A stretch of 64,000 nt of DNA from contig CBDCVK010000002.1 of assembly GCA_965223005.1 (NCBI GenBank), forward strand, positions 352,001 to 416,000, written 5' to 3'. This DNA is from Terriglobia bacterium (GTDB lineage: Bacteria; Acidobacteriota; Terriglobia; JAJPHL01; JAPKYU01). Within the stretch, counting starts at the first letter, position 1, and every line of letters starts with the position of its first letter. A program made the position numbers and the translations under genes. A model generated the notes under the pieces. It was not told where the DNA came from. It did no database searches and worked only from the letters and a program-made list of their open reading frames with translations. Below, piece by piece: positions 62,652-64,000 of the stretch.

Positions 62652-62819
62652 GGTCGCCTGGAGAGCTGCTCCGTATGACTTCATTTCGGGATGCCACTGC
62701 GCAGGTCACGTTCGACATGCTGTTCAACTGGCAGGCCCTCGGGGTGACGGGGAAGGGAATTCGGGAGAGGCCGACGTTGACTCTGCTTGGCGATTGAGTC
62801 ACCATGAGTAGAAGGGCCG

Positions 62820-63869
62820 ATGGGGAAGAAGTTCAGGTACTTGCTGTCCAGCCTATTGTTTGTAGGACTGGTGGCGTACATCGTCTACAGGGTACACACC
62901 AACCCGGAGTGGCAAAGTTTCGACCTGGCGCAATTTCAGGCTACTCTCGGCCAGCTGGATTACCGGATTCTGCTTGTCGCCCTAACCTTGGTGTACTCCA
63001 CCTACCTGCTGCGCTCCTTGCGTTGGCGGGAATTCCTGCTGCCGATCAAGCCTACTTCGGTGTCCAACCTGCTGACGGCCACCATCATCGGCTTTGGCGG
63101 GTTGGCCCTGCTGGGTCGGCCAGGCGAGCTGGTTCGTCCTTATCTGATCTCGCGCAAAGAGGACATTCCGGTGAGCACGCAAATGGCGGTCTGGGTCCTG
63201 GAGCGCGTCTACGACCTGTCCATGGTCATCGTGATTGTGGGCGGGGTTAGCTATTTTTCTGTGTGGGGCGAAGAGTTCAGCCAGGGCCACACCCAGGCCC
63301 TGCCGCACATCCGCACCGCCGGCCTGACCATCCTGAGCCTGACGTTGTGCGGCATTGCGGGCCTGCTGCTGTTCCGGCTTTACTGGCAAAGCTGGGTGCC
63401 GCGGCTGCTGGCGTTGATCGGCTTCCTGCCGCCGCGCCTGCTGGGGAAGCTGCGGGAGATGTTGGAACAGTTCGGACAGGGGCTCTCCAGCCTGCGCAGC
63501 AGCCGCGCCTTTCTCATGGGACTGCTCTACACCACGCTGGTGTGGGTTTCCATTTCGGTGGGCTACTTCATTACGCTGAGGGCGTTCGGGCCTCCGCTCT
63601 CCGATCTCAGTTTTTCTGCTGCGGTGCTGGTGATGGGCTTCGCCATCGCTGGCTCGATGCTGCAGGTTCCCGGAATCGGCGGTGGCACTCAGGTGTTTAC
63701 CATCCTCGCTCTGACCGAATTGTTCCGGGTCCGCCCTGAGGTGGCCACCAGCGCCGCTCTCGTCCTCTGGTTGTTGACCTTCGTCGCCGTGGTTCCGCCG
63801 GCCTTGATCTTCTCGATTCGCGAAGGACTGAGCTGGCGCAAGCTGCGCCTGCTGGCGGCCGCCGAGTAG
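62820..63869 (+). CDS. Lysylphosphatidylglycerol-synthase TM / flippase-like membrane protein (UPF0104)
   Basis: RSLRW, GRPGELVRP, ERVYD, PGIGG; multiple TM segments. Confidence 0.85.
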   Translation: MGKKFRYLLSSLLFVGLVAYIVYRVHTNPEWQSFDLAQFQATLGQLDYRILLVALTLVYSTYLLRSLRWREFLLPIKPTSVSNLLTATIIGFGGLALLGRPGELVRPYLISRKEDIPVSTQMAVWVLERVYDLSMVIVIVGGVSYFSVWGEEFSQGHTQALPHIRTAGLTILSLTLCGIAGLLLFRLYWQSWVPRLLALIGFLPPRLLGKLREMLEQFGQGLSSLRSSRAFLMGLLYTTLVWVSISVGYFITLRAFGPPLSDLSFSAAVLVMGFAIAGSMLQVPGIGGGTQVFTILALTELFRVRPEVATSAALVLWLLTFVAVVPPALIFSIREGLSWRKLRLLAAAE

Positions 63870-63950
63870 CGGATTCCCGCGCCAGTGATCCGGGCTGCCG
63901 GAGGATTTGTTTCCCCCTTCGCCTTTCCCTGACGACTCGGCCGCAGCCCC

Positions 63951-63959
63951 TGTTATACT
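63951..63959 (+). promoter_or_regulatory. Extended -10 for a gene beyond the window
   Basis: TG-t-TATACT. Confidence 0.45.
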
Positions 63960-64000
63960 GCTGCGCGGCCGAAGCGGGGTGCAGTGTGCGAAACGGTTGC

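Overview
GC-rich bacterial chromosomal window. Gene content and order suggest Acidobacteriota, but that is an inference. It is mostly housekeeping: purB (partial), alaS, recX, pilT, an IDH/IPMDH-family gene, metE, yceD-rpmF-fabD-fabG-acpP-fabF, etfB-etfA-ETF-QO, SRP RNA-dnaX-ybaB-recR, korAB, nadK-tlyA-ispA-xseB, a yitJ-like gene, ligA, rnpB and aroA. Two loci missed by the ORF track stand out. (1) A hidden minus-strand gene at 10342-10875 encodes a secreted MerP/HMA-like protein. Both Cys of its GMxCxxC metal site are in-frame TGA codons (GMV-U-P-L-U), followed by two SECIS-like hairpins, so it is a candidate di-selenocysteine metal-binding protein. It lies in an operon with an outer-membrane beta-barrel, an NHL lipoprotein and arsC. 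(2) A 1317-bp transposase-less cassette (37501-38817) is bounded by 19-bp IS1-like inverted repeats and carries only an HNH nuclease with an unrecognised N-terminal domain. Three genes are broken by single-base indels in homopolymers, probably sequencing artefacts. Several short-period palindromic intergenic repeats and apparently leaderless promoters are also present. All calls are from reading the sequence; no database searches were run.
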